From the NCBI GenBank assembly GCA_951406725.2, contig OX597825.1, forward strand, positions 43,028,001 through 43,092,000: DNA of 64,000 bases. The letters run 5' to 3'. Within the stretch, counting starts at the first letter, position 1, and the number at the start of each line of letters is the position of its first letter. Position numbers and translations under genes: made by a program. This DNA is from Octopus vulgaris (taxonomy: Eukaryota). Positions 39,809-53,817 of this stretch are shown one piece after another. The notes under the pieces were generated by a model that saw nothing but the letters and a program-made list of their open reading frames with translations, was not told the origin of the DNA and did no database searches.

Positions 39809-42610
39809 TACTTCTGACTTCACATACTGCTTGACGTGGTGTGTAATATATTCTAACTTATACATATCTGCACTTTTTGAATCGCTTTCAATTTTCTATT
39901 TGACAAATGTTTTATAATGGGATAATGTTACAACTGTCTTCTGCCGCAAGATGTAACATGTTATAAACGTTCCTATATCGTGCATTATTTCTTCGAGCTT
40001 AAACCGAAGAATTTATCAAGTTATTTCACACTTCTCACTTATCTCAGACTTTAATAGGACTTCAAGTATAGCAGTCTTCACACAAATAATGTATTTCTTT
40101 AAACCATAGAAATGTCATTTACATTTGTGACATTCAAATAATAGAATTCTCCGATAAGACAATTTAAAAGAGTCACTGCATTCTTGCAAAGGGTTCTTAG
40201 TTCAAGTGAAGTGAACGTGTTGCTTTGAAAATATCGAAAGGAATGTTAATTATAAGAATCAATATAAAACACTTACAGCAGAATCCAGTTTAAATGTGAC
40301 TAAGTAAGCAAATTCCCTGTGTTTTTGTAATTTCTACTTCATTGAGTAATAAAGTAAAGTTGATATAATCGTATCAGCGTCGTTTGTTTCAAGTAGTTGC
40401 ACTGTTTAATATTCTAAAACTAGAGATAGATTGATAGATATAGAGTGAGGGAGAGAACGAGAGAATTTAATCGGCTCGAGTTTGTTCGTAGTATTAGTGC
40501 TTCATAGAATTAGTGCTATTGTTAGCCACAGATAACAATAGTGTGCCCGGAAGATGGTATGTGCCTAATCGGAATCGTAACAATTTTTTAATTAACTACT
40601 TCCCAACTATCAGAATGTGCACCGAAGCAGTAATACGTATGGTTTTATAAGTTATTTACTGATATAAAGTCGCACCTATTGTAATATATCGAATCTGTGT
40701 GTGGAATTTACCGGCCTGCAACATACAAGTCATTAGCTAACCAATGAATTGAACCAGTTTCGATTCTCAGTTTAAGATAATAAATTCGTTAACACCCGTA
40801 ATACCAGAGGTCACTAAATGAAATCTTTTTGCTGTTGTAAAATTCATGAAATTACTGGTTAGTCAAAGCTAACATAGAAACGATTGACGTTGATCAAGGG
40901 AAAAAATAAACAGCTTCCTGAAGGTGGAGTGGTTGTCCACTGAAAACCTCATTTGGATGTATTTCGCACCATTCTTGGCACTAACACAACTGAAAAAGCT
41001 ACAAGTAATGTACCTCAAATTATGCCCCTAAAATACTGTTGTTGTTGAATAACGCCAAGTGAGGGATAGTAGAATGGCTAGGTACGAAGCAGAAACCCAT
41101 TGGAAGAAACATAAGGGAAATACTGTTTTCCATTACCGTTTCTAAAATATGCAGTATAGTATTTTATCTATCATATACAGACAACTTGTTTCGGAAGAGG
41201 TCGTGTGGAAACAGAAGAGAGATGATCAAATAGTACATAAGTAGGTTGAAGGGAACAAGTAGGGAATTATAGGCGTAAAGGTACAATAGGTGTCAGAGTG
41301 GGACCCAATCACCAAAAAGGAAGATGTAAAAGTTTGACTGTATTCTTTGCACCTACAAGCACAATTGCCCCCTGCTATTAGCTTGCTACTATATGATCTG
41401 TGTGAGCCTGTGAAAATGGAGTGTCCACACTCTTGCATCAATCATAGTTGTGAATCGATCGATCGATTTGTCTATTCACTAACGCTGCTTATCTTAATCG
41501 TGCCTGTGATTATATTCAGTCTTTTAGAGTGAATATTTGGGAAGGGAATTGTATTTTTATTTCTGTTTGAGGTATAATTATGTTTACGAACATGATCGAT
41601 GGTTTTATTTGTCCTATGCTGCTACTCTGAAGAAAATCAATGTCCTTTTTCATTGCAAAACTCAGACTGTTATTCTTGAATCAGGTCAACACATGGCAAA
41701 CAATAGGAGTAAAGCAAGGTAATACTTTATTGCGGTACTTTGAAATATTAGATGTCTTATAAATGTATACAAGATGGTCTGGTGACCTGAGAGGTAGTTT
41801 ACTACCCACCATTTAACGTTGTTTCTATGGTAGGGTCAAGTATTTAGTCTATGAACTCGATGCAGGAAACAAATTCAGAAAATACACTGATGGTAAAGAT
41901 AGTTAGAAATGCATCAAGGTTATGCAACGTTTATATTTAGTGCAATGCCATGAGTATCTATTGTCAGTATTTTTTAAAGGGAAATATGATGTTAAGTAAT
42001 TTCAAGGGCGAAATCCTCTGGAGTGTTTCATGCTGCACCTTAGATTTTAAAGATTTAGTGCAGCATTTTGTCTGTGTTTAAGAGGTTGTAAGAGGCCAGT
42101 TGTTGTTGGAAGTATGCATATGTACGGGATACATAATTTTATATATGTTATAAAGCTGGACCCTAGAATTAACTATTTCAACTGTGTAAATTTGAATCTG
42201 AGGAATAATTTTGTCAATTTGGTTTTGGAATATCTGTAGTATCTGTACATTATCATTTTTGGTTTAATAAACGCAAAGTGTATGCTATTACTTTTATAAT
42301 ACGCTAAAAATAAACTTAATGTTTTGCTGGATCACAGTGCAGAGTCTGACAATTGCGCATTTAATGACCAACGTAAGTGATTCGTGCATAACTTATAACG
42401 TATAGTTGAATGCAACGGTCATAAATCCAGAAGTAAATGCATAGACATTTATTAAGAAGGATATTTTCAATTTAAGTTTCGAAATATAAATTCAATGCTA
42501 GGTTTTAATTTCGGGTCATAATATTTTCTTAACATTGGTTCTTAATTAGAATATATGCATATATCTCGTTGTGATTTGAGAAATGTAATTCGTCTGCACA
42601 GTAAGTTTAT

Positions 42611-42723
42611 TTCTTCTTCTTCTTCTTCTTCTTCTTCTTCTTCTTCTTCTTCTTCTTCTTCTTCTTCTTCTTCTTCTTCTTCTTCTTCTTCTTCTTCTTC
42701 TTCTTCTTCTTCTTCTTCTATTA

Positions 42724-42812
<89 letters not shown>
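42611..42812. repeat. Compound (TTC)n-(TAT)n microsatellite at the 3' end of a Dong-like LINE
   Basis: Directly visible in the sequence. Confidence 0.97.
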
Positions 42813-42815
<3 letters not shown>

Positions 42816-44490
42816 TAGTTTTATTTTTATAGCGCAGCTCTGTGTGCCTTGGGTATGTGCTGTGTTTTGTTGTGATGCTCTTATGGTTACTGTATTGAAA
42901 GTGTTCTGCGTAGGATGTGTGCAGTGCCTAGTAGTGAAATTTTCTGTATGTTATATGTGTTTGTAAGTCCTGGTGTTTTTGTTATGTATTTGTCTGAATA
43001 TTTGTTTATCATACCTAATGCGCCTACTATGATAGGAATTGTTTCTGTTTTCAGATTCCACATTCGAGTTATCTCTATTTCCAGGTCTTTGTATTTTGAA
43101 AGTTTCTCCATTTCTTTTAGAGACACGTTGTCATCTGCTGGTATTGATACATCAATAAGAAAGCATTTTTTTTTTCATGATCTCTGACAACTATATCTGG
43201 TCTGTTGGCCTTAATTTCTCTATCTGTGTGTATTGTCATATCCCAGTGTATGGTTGCTTTCTCCTTTTCTGTGACCTTTTGTGGGGTGTGCCTATACCAT
43301 CATTTTTCTGTGGTTATTCCATAATGTTGGCATAGCTTCCAGTGTATGAAGGTCCCAACTCTGTCGTGTTTGTGAATATATTCCTTCTTAGCCAGGACTG
43401 GGCAGCTAGAGATAATATGATTTATTGTTTCTTGTCCATCTCCACATATTCTGCAGTTACTTGTTATATTTCTTTTCATTATATGTTTTTGGTAATTTCT
43501 GGTGGGGAGGCTTTGGTCTTGTTCAGCAATTAAAAATCCCTCTGTCTCTGCTTTGAGTCCTGAGCTTCTCAACTATTGCTTTTCAACTATTGTCTATTTC
43601 TTTTGCATTTAGTTTAGCCCCGTATTTGTCATGAAGGGGTTTTCTTGCCATCGTTTTATCATGGTCCGTTTGCTGTTCTAGTTGTAGTTTGGATTTCATT
43701 TGTTTTATAGCTTTTGTTGTTTCTTCATCTTCTTCTGCTTCCTATTTGTTAGGTGGTATGATTTCGTGTTTGCATTTGTCAGCTTCCTTAAATACTGGGG
43801 ACAGTTTTTTGTTTTGCACGTGTTTTGACGCTATTTGTATCAGTTTTCTTTCCTTCTGAAGTAGATATTTTTGCAGTCCTAATAGTTTTCCAGCTGTATA
43901 AGGCCTCTACCGCCTTCTATACGTTGTATATATAGCCTTTCTATGTCAGATTTTGGGTAATGCATCCTAGATCCTGTCATTATCTTTCTTGTGTTCCTAT
44001 CTATTTTGGTTAGTTCATTTGGTTAGTTAAGGATATTGTAGCGGTAACTTATAACTGGGACGGCTAAAGTGTTAATATCTATTATCTTGTTTTTAGCATT
44101 GAGCTCTGTTTTTAGTATTGATGTAACTCGTCTATAATATTCTTTCTTTATTTTCTCTTTCATTTGTGTGTGTTGTGTCTTATCTAGTTCATGGTTTCCT
44201 AAATATTTGTAAGTTTGGCTTTGGTCTAATTCTGTTATTTCATTGGTTTTATCTAGTGTGATGCTGCTACTCTTAACTGGTTTTCCTCTTTTCAGGGTTA
44301 CTTTGGCGCATTTTTCTAATCTAAATTTCATATCTATTTCTTTGGTAAATCCATGAACTGTCTTTAGTAGTGTTTGCAGCTATTTGTCATTTGTAGCGTA
44401 CAGTTTTAGGTCATCCATATTTAAAAGGTAGCTGATTGTTTTGCCGTAACATTTGTATCCGCATCCAGTTCTATTTAGCATATTGTATCC
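42813..44490 (-). mobile_element. 5'-truncated R4/Dong-clade LINE (RT C-half, CCHC, restriction-like endonuclease)
   Basis: MDDLKLY, KCAK, YKYLG, CRICG..ETINHIISSC, HDRVG, RPDIV and EKLSKYKDL. Ends in (AAT)n. Confidence 0.92.
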
Positions 44491-44496
44491 GTGATG

Positions 44497-44870
44497 CAAA
44501 TACACAGCTTATTTTGCTGGGTATGACGGAATGAGTCAACTGTCCATAGCCAGCAGACTAAGTGGACACTTTTTTACTGATCATGCTTCAAGAACCCTCT
44601 GAAAAATTCTTGCAGTTCCAAGCAATGCTGCTTTTTATAGGTGCTCTACCTTTACATATGTACCAATCTTTTTAAGCCATCTTGGTATTTGGGTGTTGAT
44701 ACTTCCAAGTGTGCTAATTACTCAATAGTACCTCGTCTATTCTCTTCATTAACCATAAACCTCGTAGGTCCCACTGCAAATCGTCATAGTTTTTCAGTTC
44801 TTCTTTTTCCTTTGACCCCTTTCTCATCGAGACATGCTATGTCGATTATCACGCACGTTCTTTCTTTTAT
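44497..44870 (-). mobile_element. 3' fragment of a second R4/Dong family
   Basis: CVIIDIAC..EK and ALLGTARI. 3' UTR is shared with the copies at 47037 and 53818. Confidence 0.85.
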
Positions 44871-44971
44871 AATTATTATCATCACCATCATCATAATCAC
44901 CACCACCACCACCATCATCATCATCCTCATCGTCATTATTATTATTAGTAGTAGTAGTAGTTGTTGTGGTT

Positions 44972-45022
<51 letters not shown>

Positions 45023-47036
45023 CCGTTGTTGTTGTTAGATTTGTTTCACGTAATACAAAGCCGTTGATATTTCTCTCGTTGAGGCACGATTTTTCAATAA
45101 TCTCCAATTGGAATTTTCTTGGATTATGAATAAGTAAAAACTATAATAACCCAAGAATAATATTCCTCAACAACTGGAAGAAGAAAGTAAAAATTTTAAA
45201 AAAACATTTGTTTTACAATATGTTGAAATGTTTTTTATACATATTACATTTTAATATGAAAAACCGTTACTATAAATAATTATGCTACAATATCGAACAA
45301 TTGCAAAGAAAAGGAAAACTCAGCCAAACACACAACAGAATGAACAAATAGTTGGAGGAATGACTGGTTTAGTAAACAGATAGTTGCGAATATCACAGTA
45401 AGGATAAGAATAACAGCAGTAGCGTGTATTGCAAGGTCAGACACTTTAGTCCATTCATACAGAAGTTGCATTAGTTCCCTTTGAAATATTGAACAAAAGA
45501 GTTCTTTTTGTTTTTGCGTAATCGGAAACAATTCTTTTCCACGTGATAGAATCTAGCGAGAAGGACAGCGAAAATTAGATAACTTTGCTTGTGAATACAT
45601 GCAAAGGAATTAAATATTTGCCTCATATTAAAGTAGTACAATAAGCTTTCCAAGACATATTTAGAGGAATCTTAATTGCAAAAAGAAAAAAATATGGAAT
45701 AGTCTAATGTCCATTATTGACTGAAGATGCAGACGAATCACAGGTTGAAATTGCCAAACATACTTCCACTGTACTTCAGTTTCAAAAGAAACAATATGGG
45801 TAAAAGGAAATGCGATAGATCCGTGACTAGTCATTACTTTTGCATTACAGTATGGGCCAATGACCAAAGCATGGCTAACGAAGGAAGATATGTCTTCAAG
45901 GGACATCAAAATTAGTTTGCCAGTCTTAATAACCACCTGAAGATCACACAGATCTACTGAAATTGTGTCCAGCAGAATTTACTGAATTATATACAGAGCA
46001 GAAAGCGTACTTGTTATATTTTCCAGAAAAAGTTGAGACTAAACAAAAACACAAAAACGAAAATAATGATGATGAACTGCAACAGTTAAACGAACTGACT
46101 AGCATCAGGGGATGGCAAATGAGCTTACAAAACACAGGGGATGGCAAATGAGCTAATTTTGCGCCCACCAAATAGGTGAGCTAACATCTCGTTTGGAACA
46201 GTGCCAGCGAATACTATTAATTCATATAGTTACAAGAAAGATTGAATGATTGCAAATGAAACCTGCCAACCGTTGGTGATAATCCGTTAAAATGAGGAAA
46301 ATTTTCAAAGGAAGAAGACTCGATATAAAACAACGAAAATGGGTAAGAAGGAACATTTTCTTCAAAGTAATAACAATAACAGCTTCAGAAAATAATGAAG
46401 GCAACAGAGCTAAACTGAAGTTCACCTCCTTCGAAAATAATGCTAAGAATTAGAATTCAAACTTGCGAAGAAGTTAGAATTAGAATGACACAAAAACTGT
46501 TTGGCTCAGATTATTATCACATGCAAAAAATAGATTATTATTGAAATTAAGCTAAAATAGTATGCGGAACTCAAAGGAGAGTATTCTGAAGAAGTTGGAG
46601 TTTTTCAACACACTACAGAAATGCACTCAAGAAATGCATTTTATTGCTTTCGTACTGCATTTCAGAAATTGTTCAGCTTTACACAACCTATCCAGTAATA
46701 TTTCATGTTGTATTTTCCTTTTTCTTTAAATTATTGCGTTTTAGCTTACTTCTTATTTATTACGTGTGTGTGAGAGAGTTGTGTGTTTGTTGTGTTGTGT
46801 GTATGTGTGTTGTGTGTCTGTGTTTGTGTGTGTTGTTTTAAAAGCTTTTAAAAGTTTAATGTATTTTTTTATGTATTATACAACATTTCTTACCCTACAT
46901 TTCCTATTTGTAAACTGTTTTACTTTCCACTTATTAATTTCGATCTTACTGCGAGGGAAATTTTCGTATATTTTAGTATCTTTGGACGCTTGTGACTGAT
47001 ATGCGATTGTTATTACTATTATTATTATTATTATCA

Positions 47037-47840
47037 TATGAAAACTCACAGCTTATTTTACTGGGTAGGATGGAAAGTGTCGGCTGTCCATAGCCAGCAG
47101 ATTGTGGTGACACTCGTTTATTGGTCAGGCTTCAAGAACCCTGCGAATTCTTGCAGTTCCAAACTACGCTGATTTTTGTGGGTTTTCTACATTCACACTT
47201 CCTCAATCTTTTTCAGCCATACTGGTAGTTGAGCGCTGATACTTCCAAGTGCACCAATTACTATTGGTATCACGATTGCTCTCTTCATTGACTACAACCT
47301 TCGTTTTTCCCACTTCGAATCGTCATAATTATTTATTTTTTCTTCCCCTTTCACATTGTTGTCAACAGGGCATGCTATGTCGATTATCATACATGTTCTT
47401 TCTTTTTTATTCACCAGAAAAATGTCTGGTCAGGTGATTGCAGTGGATCGTTGCATCGTTCAGGATTTTGCAATTCTCGTTCTCGATGACTCCTTCTGGG
47501 GTTTGCTCATAACACGTCTTTGCTCTTTGTGATTTCCACAAAGCTTCCAATTGGCATCTTTTCTATTCGCGTTGTGCCAATTTCGGGCATTCGCTAACGA
47601 TGCGCAATATCACCACACATTCTGCATTTGTCGCTATCGATAGAGATGTCTATTCTGTATTTCGTATTCTTGGTCCTTAACTCTTGTTCTTAAGCTGTGT
47701 GTATGAATGTTTGTGTCTTTATTTTCAGGTCACTCCTCGTCACTCATAGCTACCGAGCCTCTGTGTCTGTCTTCGCGTTCACATCACTTGCAAACTGACC
47801 GTACATCGTTTCTTTCCATGTTTTCTTTTGTGTAGAGGAG
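47037..47840 (-). mobile_element. 3' fragment of the second R4/Dong family
   Basis: MYGQF, CRMCG, IVSECPKLAQ, ENENCKIL and LGTARI. 3' end abuts (ATT)n. Confidence 0.85.
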
Positions 47841-48684
47841 GTCTGAATAGTACTGGAGGAGAATTTTTCGTCATGCACAAGTGCATTTTGGAAGAGGAGC
47901 TTTGCAAATCTACCAGGTACATGAAAGGGCATTGTAGACAATGGCGGAGAGTATATTATGAATGAAAATGAACTTTGTTTATCTAAATTATGAAAAATAA
48001 AAGAAGTATAAAAAAACTTCATTATTTAAGGGATGATCCAATATTTGATGAAGTATTTCTCTACAGAGCAAGAAACAAATACTCTTAGGGGTGGATATCA
48101 AATATAGGGGATACTGAAAAAATATTGCAGAAGTAAAATTTATCAATTCTATATTCTGGTGAATAATTAACATCAATACCGGAATTATCATGAAATTAAA
48201 TTTTGCAGTCAAAAGATTAAATTAATCCCTATCTACGCGTATTCGTTTTTCATTTGTTATTTGTATTTGTTTTATTGACTTAAACGCTTCAATTTAACCC
48301 CTTTTTTCTGTGCTAAGTTTCTTCAAATATAATTCAGTACTGACTAATGGAATATCAATTGTTCTAGCTAAGAAAGAAGGGCCTACAACTACACACGCGC
48401 ACAGATACACACAGACACACATACATACGCATACACACACACACATATTGTTATATTTATGAATGGTCATCTTTTACTGATTAAACACACGCACTATTTA
48501 TTTGATCTTCATTTTAGCCTTATTATTTTATTATGAACTAAAAATACTAATAATAAAGGTGAGTGAAGGTCAAAAAAATAATGCGTATGTTTAACTGGCA
48601 AAAGAATTTTCAGGTGTAACGATACTTGTTTCAACAAATGATTTTACAGTGGGAATCTTGCAAAACAAATGCATACTTGCATAC

Positions 48685-48727
<43 letters not shown>

Positions 48728-48773
48728 AAAAAGGAGATGTGGAACACGAGTTGTGATATATATATATATATAT

Positions 48774-49852
48774 ACTAGCAACATAGTCCGGCGTTGTCCG
48801 GCAACGACTAATCCCAATCTAGTCCTGTCCCTCTAGGGAGCGAAGGCGCATGTGTAGGTTGCAATGTCTTCTCTTAACTCCCAAATAACTATCAAAAAGC
48901 TATCGATAATTCAACCCAACCAATTCCTACCAGGAAGAAATTACATTCGAGACTTTACCCCCAACACCGCCACTTTTGTTAATAGCTGCTGCAGCCGCAA
49001 GTTATTCGAATACTTTTTTTGTTTAAACTTTCTTTATAACTACCACCCCAAACGTTTTACCTTAAATTATTCACGTACCCTAAGGGTCCTCGGACGCTAC
49101 TTGCAAACTCTTGGTTTATTATAAACCGCTTTTGTCATGTGCACCAAAAAACCTTTTCCATTCGTTTGTTCAGTCAGTTCACTTTTGACTTTTTCTTTGT
49201 TGTCACTTACATTGCTGCCCGCTTTTTTGCTGTTTTTGTACATTTTTATACATTTTGGGATACTCACCCCACTTGTTCCGAGAGTTAAAAAGGTCGAGTT
49301 GCGTGCCCTAGACAGTCTGTGGTTTGTGTTTAATACACAAATCGGTTTGCTATGTGTGCCACATATGATTTGATTAACCGATTTTTTCCAGTAATGAAGT
49401 ATCCTATTGGAATAAAAAGGGCCATATAGTTCCTTGGAGCAGACATGATGTTCGCTGTGAATTTTTAAAAAAATTCCTGCCAATTTGTGAAAGATACTGT
49501 CGAAAATATGTCATCTTGAATTTGAACGCGATTTCCCAAAATGGCATTATTTTATCGATTTTTTTCTGATGGTAAGGTATTGCATGGAAAACTAACGTCA
49601 GAATTAAGTTGGTAACTACAACAGAAAATGTGTTGCATATAAATAGCTTAGATTCTCGACCCCATGTCGAATTTATTAATTATTTTCAGAAATGGGGAAA
49701 CATTTCAAAATTCTCGCTGCGTTAGTTTTGAATTATAACATTGGGCTATGTGTGTGTCAAGTTTCATCAGAATTAGTTGAAAGCAGTGGTCAGGGTGAGG
49801 GCACAACCTGACAGACACACAGACACACGGACAGACAAACTGCCGTTTATAT
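48774..49852 (-). mobile_element. Non-autonomous Helitron
   Basis: Minus-strand 3' end has hairpin ccggacaacgccgg followed by CTAG-T. 5' end has gtttgtctgtccgtgtgtctgt repeats. Both ends lie in (TA)n. Confidence 0.75.
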
Positions 49853-50148
49853 ATATATAATATAATATATATATATAAATAATATATATATATATAAATA
49901 ATATATATATACATATATAATATATATATATACATATATATAATATATATATATACATATATATAATATATATATATACATATATATAATATATATATAC
50001 ATATATGTATATATATATATATATTTACATAGTAATTAAGGGTTTAGCAACGAATTGCCTCACCAATTATCCCTAATTAATTAATTAATAAATAATTATC
50101 CCTAATTAATTAATTTCACCCTTTTATTATATTTACATATATATATAA

Positions 50149-50188
<40 letters not shown>

Positions 50189-50316
50189 TATATATATATA
50201 TTCATATATATATATATAATTATTTATATATATATATATATATCATATATATATATATATTCATATATATATATATATATATATAAATATATATAATTAT
50301 TTATATATATATATTC

Positions 50317-50349
<33 letters not shown>

Positions 50350-50355
50350 ATTATA

Positions 50356-50392
<37 letters not shown>
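49853..50392. repeat. TA-derived minisatellite with embedded 22-bp duplication
   Basis: tatatatacatatataa units, and aattatccctaattaattaatt twice (~50064, ~50094). Confidence 0.85.
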
Positions 50393-50394
<2 letters not shown>

Positions 50395-50442
50395 GTAGCA
50401 AATGAAAGACAGAGGATGGAATATTCGAGAATTTATTTATAA

Positions 50443-50519
50443 ATCACGACAATTGTTGCGACACACCTACCATCGATTCCTCTTGGGTGGGACACAAAAC
50501 AACTGGTTCGTCGTGTGAT
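50443..50519 (-). ncRNA. Degenerate minimal hammerhead motif in a ~300-bp island between (TA)n tracts
   Basis: Minus strand reads atcac-ACGACGA-...-GCAA-caattg-TC-gtgat, then AATAAA. Three core substitutions, but stem I and the palindromic loop are intact. Confidence 0.5.
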
Positions 50520-50693
50520 AAATAAATACAACTCATTAAAATGTATGTGCCGCAATGTAGCGTTTCGTTTTGCATAGTGAGAAACGGCCAGACGGAGGAA
50601 ATATCGTCATTTATATAGATCAAAAATAAAATCACAGAAGACAAAAAGAGAAAGGAACACGCAATACGCCGAGAAAAGTATTTTAAATAACCG

Positions 50694-50745
<52 letters not shown>

Positions 50746-51089
50746 TCATATATGTAAGCAGTTTGATTCAAATTCGTGGGTAGTCCGAGTTTCAATCGCG
50801 ATGCTAGTCTTCAGATATTTTGAATTTGAAGTAGCAACGAATTTGAATCAAATTGTTTTGATTGAAATTTGTTGAATGCCTTTCTTTCGTTTGCCCACTC
50901 ACTCGTATATATATATCAACTGTATTTTATTTAACGCCATAGCCCTAGGGTCTGTCCAGAATTGTCGCTCTGAGATATTTCCCATTGATAACTCTGAAAG
51001 AGCTAGACACATCAATATCTTCGAATCCCACAGGGGGTGACACTAGACAGATATGGTGGATTTTACATATATATATATATGTAAAATGC

Positions 51090-51125
<36 letters not shown>

Positions 51126-51126
51126 G

Positions 51127-51166
<40 letters not shown>

Positions 51167-51167
51167 C

Positions 51168-51203
<36 letters not shown>

Positions 51204-51595
51204 GTATTATCTATGTATATATATATATATATATATATATGTCAGTATATATATATGTATATATATATATATATATATATTATATTTATATGTATGTATG
51301 TATGTATTTGTATATACATCAACAATACTTATAAAGCCACATCTTAATTTGTAGAATTCACCTTACAAAGAAGACAATTGCTTCTGTTGTATCAACATAT
51401 TTAAATATAGTAATTATCATTGAAATTCATAATTCCGAAAATACACGTTAACACAACGTTTTCAAAGCGACTAAGTTAAAATAATTTCCCCCATTGATAA
51501 CGGTAAGAACCTAGATGTCTGGGGCTCCGTTTCAATTATTTCGAAACAGAGTTTCATTGATATCTGCCTGGATTCTTTAATCCCTTATTATTATG

Positions 51596-51658
<63 letters not shown>

Positions 51659-52690
51659 GATATCAATAATTTTTAACGCCAAAAATTTAACGCCATTTTT
51701 ATAGTACGTACCTGACGCGTGCGTCGCACTTAAGAGAACGAAATTGTTGAAAGAAATGTTGTTACTTTTAACGACCGCACAGAGTTGTTCCATTGGTTCA
51801 TTTGTTGATGTGCATAAGTAAACAAAAACTAAAAGACACAAACACATGCATATATACACATATATTTATATACATACATATATGCACACACACATGAATG
51901 TATGTGTGTATGTACTTGTGTGTGTGTTATAAGAAGTGTCGCGTAGTGGAAATAAACGCAACTTTCTCTTCCTATATTTTGTTAAGTAGAATTTCTGTTT
52001 GGTCAGGATCTTTCCAAATTCTTTTTTCTTTTATCAAGTATCTGATGAAAGCATTAAAAAAATTAAATTCATAGAGCCGATCAAAATAAAAAAGATTAAT
52101 TTTATTTTCCCCTTTACTTTTCCCTTTCTTACAATATAATTAATTACCGTATCCTATATACTGTGTACTTGCATATTAGGTAATTATTTCAGAAATATTT
52201 TCACCTTTCAAACAAAATCTGTCTAATACATCAGTATATGTTTTTCAATTGAAACACACGCAATCATTTTGGAGATTTATTGTTTTAATAACAAGTTTTG
52301 AAATATGGACAATTGCATGAGGAACGCGGCACGAGGGCGTCAGCGAAGAAGGAGAGAACGGTTATACAAGGAACAGCGGGTAAAAATAAGGAATCAAAAT
52401 CGAGCGGGGCTGAGGCAGAAAAGAAACGAAATAAACCAAGAGCAGAGAGAACATGTCCTACAGCATAGGAGGGAATGAAATTAGCGAAGTATAGAACAAA
52501 TGAACCAGGACCAAAGAGAAGTGTATTTTCAAAATAAAAAGTTAGAGATCAACAAAATCAAGAACACATGATTCGAGAGCAAAGGCAGCTGTACTTCAAA
52601 AATATGAGAAACAGAGCTGGATCGCTCTCGGCATACCAGCAATCCTCAAAATCGCACCAGCCAGCATCACCACCACTTCCAAGCCCGTCC

Positions 52691-52723
<33 letters not shown>

Positions 52724-52804
52724 GTTTGTATATATATATGTTTGTATATGTATATATGTATATATATTTCTGTATGAATGTATGTATATATATATGTATA
52801 TATT

Positions 52805-53020
52805 TATGTGTGTTTGTTTGTGTCTGTACTTCTCCCCACCAACTTTGCTTGGCATCTGATGTTGGTGTGTTTGAGTCCCTGTAAATTAGCCGTTCAACAG
52901 AAGAGACCGATTGAATAAGCACCAGATTTACAGACAATAAATCTAGGAGTCAATTCCTTCGACTAAAGGGTGGTGCTCCTGCACGGCCACCGTCAGATGA
53001 CTGAAACAAGTAAAAGAATA
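52805..53020 (+). mobile_element. 3' half of the second SINE family
   Basis: gatgttggtgtgttt..agagaccgat.gaataagcacc..ggtgctcc.gcacggcc..tgactgaaacaagtaaaagaat. Confidence 0.85.
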
Positions 53021-53199
53021 ATGGAATACGAGAAAATATTTCCGTACCACTAAACCAAGAGGGTTCACTGAATATGTACGACGTATTTTAAGACTAAATA
53101 GTAATTCTGTTTACGTTTGCGCAACTGAGATATTTTGGTTGGATTATATAGTTATCGGTTTTACATTTCTTTCTGTATTCTGTAACTCACAATATACTT

Positions 53200-53412
53200 T
53201 TCTACTGTAGGCACAAGTGTTGAAATTTTGGCGGGAAGCGTGCAAGTCGATTAGATCGACCCGAGTACGCAACTGGTACTTAATTTATCGACCCTGAAAG
53301 GATAAATGGCAAAGTCGACCTTGGCAGAATTTGAACTCAAAACGTAAGGACAGACGAAATACGGCTAAACATTTCGCCCAGCGTGCTAACGATTCTGCCA
53401 GCTCACCGCCTT
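53200..53412 (-). mobile_element. Full-length SINE (trimer family)
   Basis: Minus strand reads aaggcggtgagctggcagaatcgttagcacgctgggcgaaatg..gagttcaaattctgccaaggtcgactttgcc. Confidence 0.9.
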
Positions 53413-53530
53413 TAACTGTCACAATATAGAACCTTTCCTCATGGCACAAGCACACAATTTACAGATGCTTACATTTTTTATATTTCCCGTGAATTTTTCA
53501 CGGGTCCAGCTGGTTATTATTATTATTATA

Positions 53531-53579
<49 letters not shown>

Positions 53580-53619
53580 CATCATCATCCTCATCATCAT
53601 CATCATCATCATTGTCATC

Positions 53620-53800
53620 AAGGCGGGCGAAATGTTTAGCGGTATTTCGTCTGCTGCTACGTTCTTAGTTCAAATTCTGCGTAGTTCCATTTTGCCTTTC
53701 ATCCTTTCGGGGTCAATTGAATACGTACTAGCTACGCACTGGGGTGGATGTAATCGCCTTAATCTTCTCCCCCATGTTGCCTTTGTGGCAAAATTTGAAA
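53620..53800 (+). mobile_element. SINE (trimer family) between (ATT/ATC)n tracts
   Basis: aaggcgggcgaaatgtttagcggtatttcgtctgc..gcctttcatcctttcggggtc. Confidence 0.85.
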
Positions 53801-53817
53801 TCATTATTATTATTATT

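Noticed and set aside
39850-42600. Possible host exons in the repeat-poor stretch
   Set aside because: No convincing ORF with splice signals. An IGVKQG trace (~41702-41720) suggests old RTE debris. Small exons cannot be excluded without RNA-seq.
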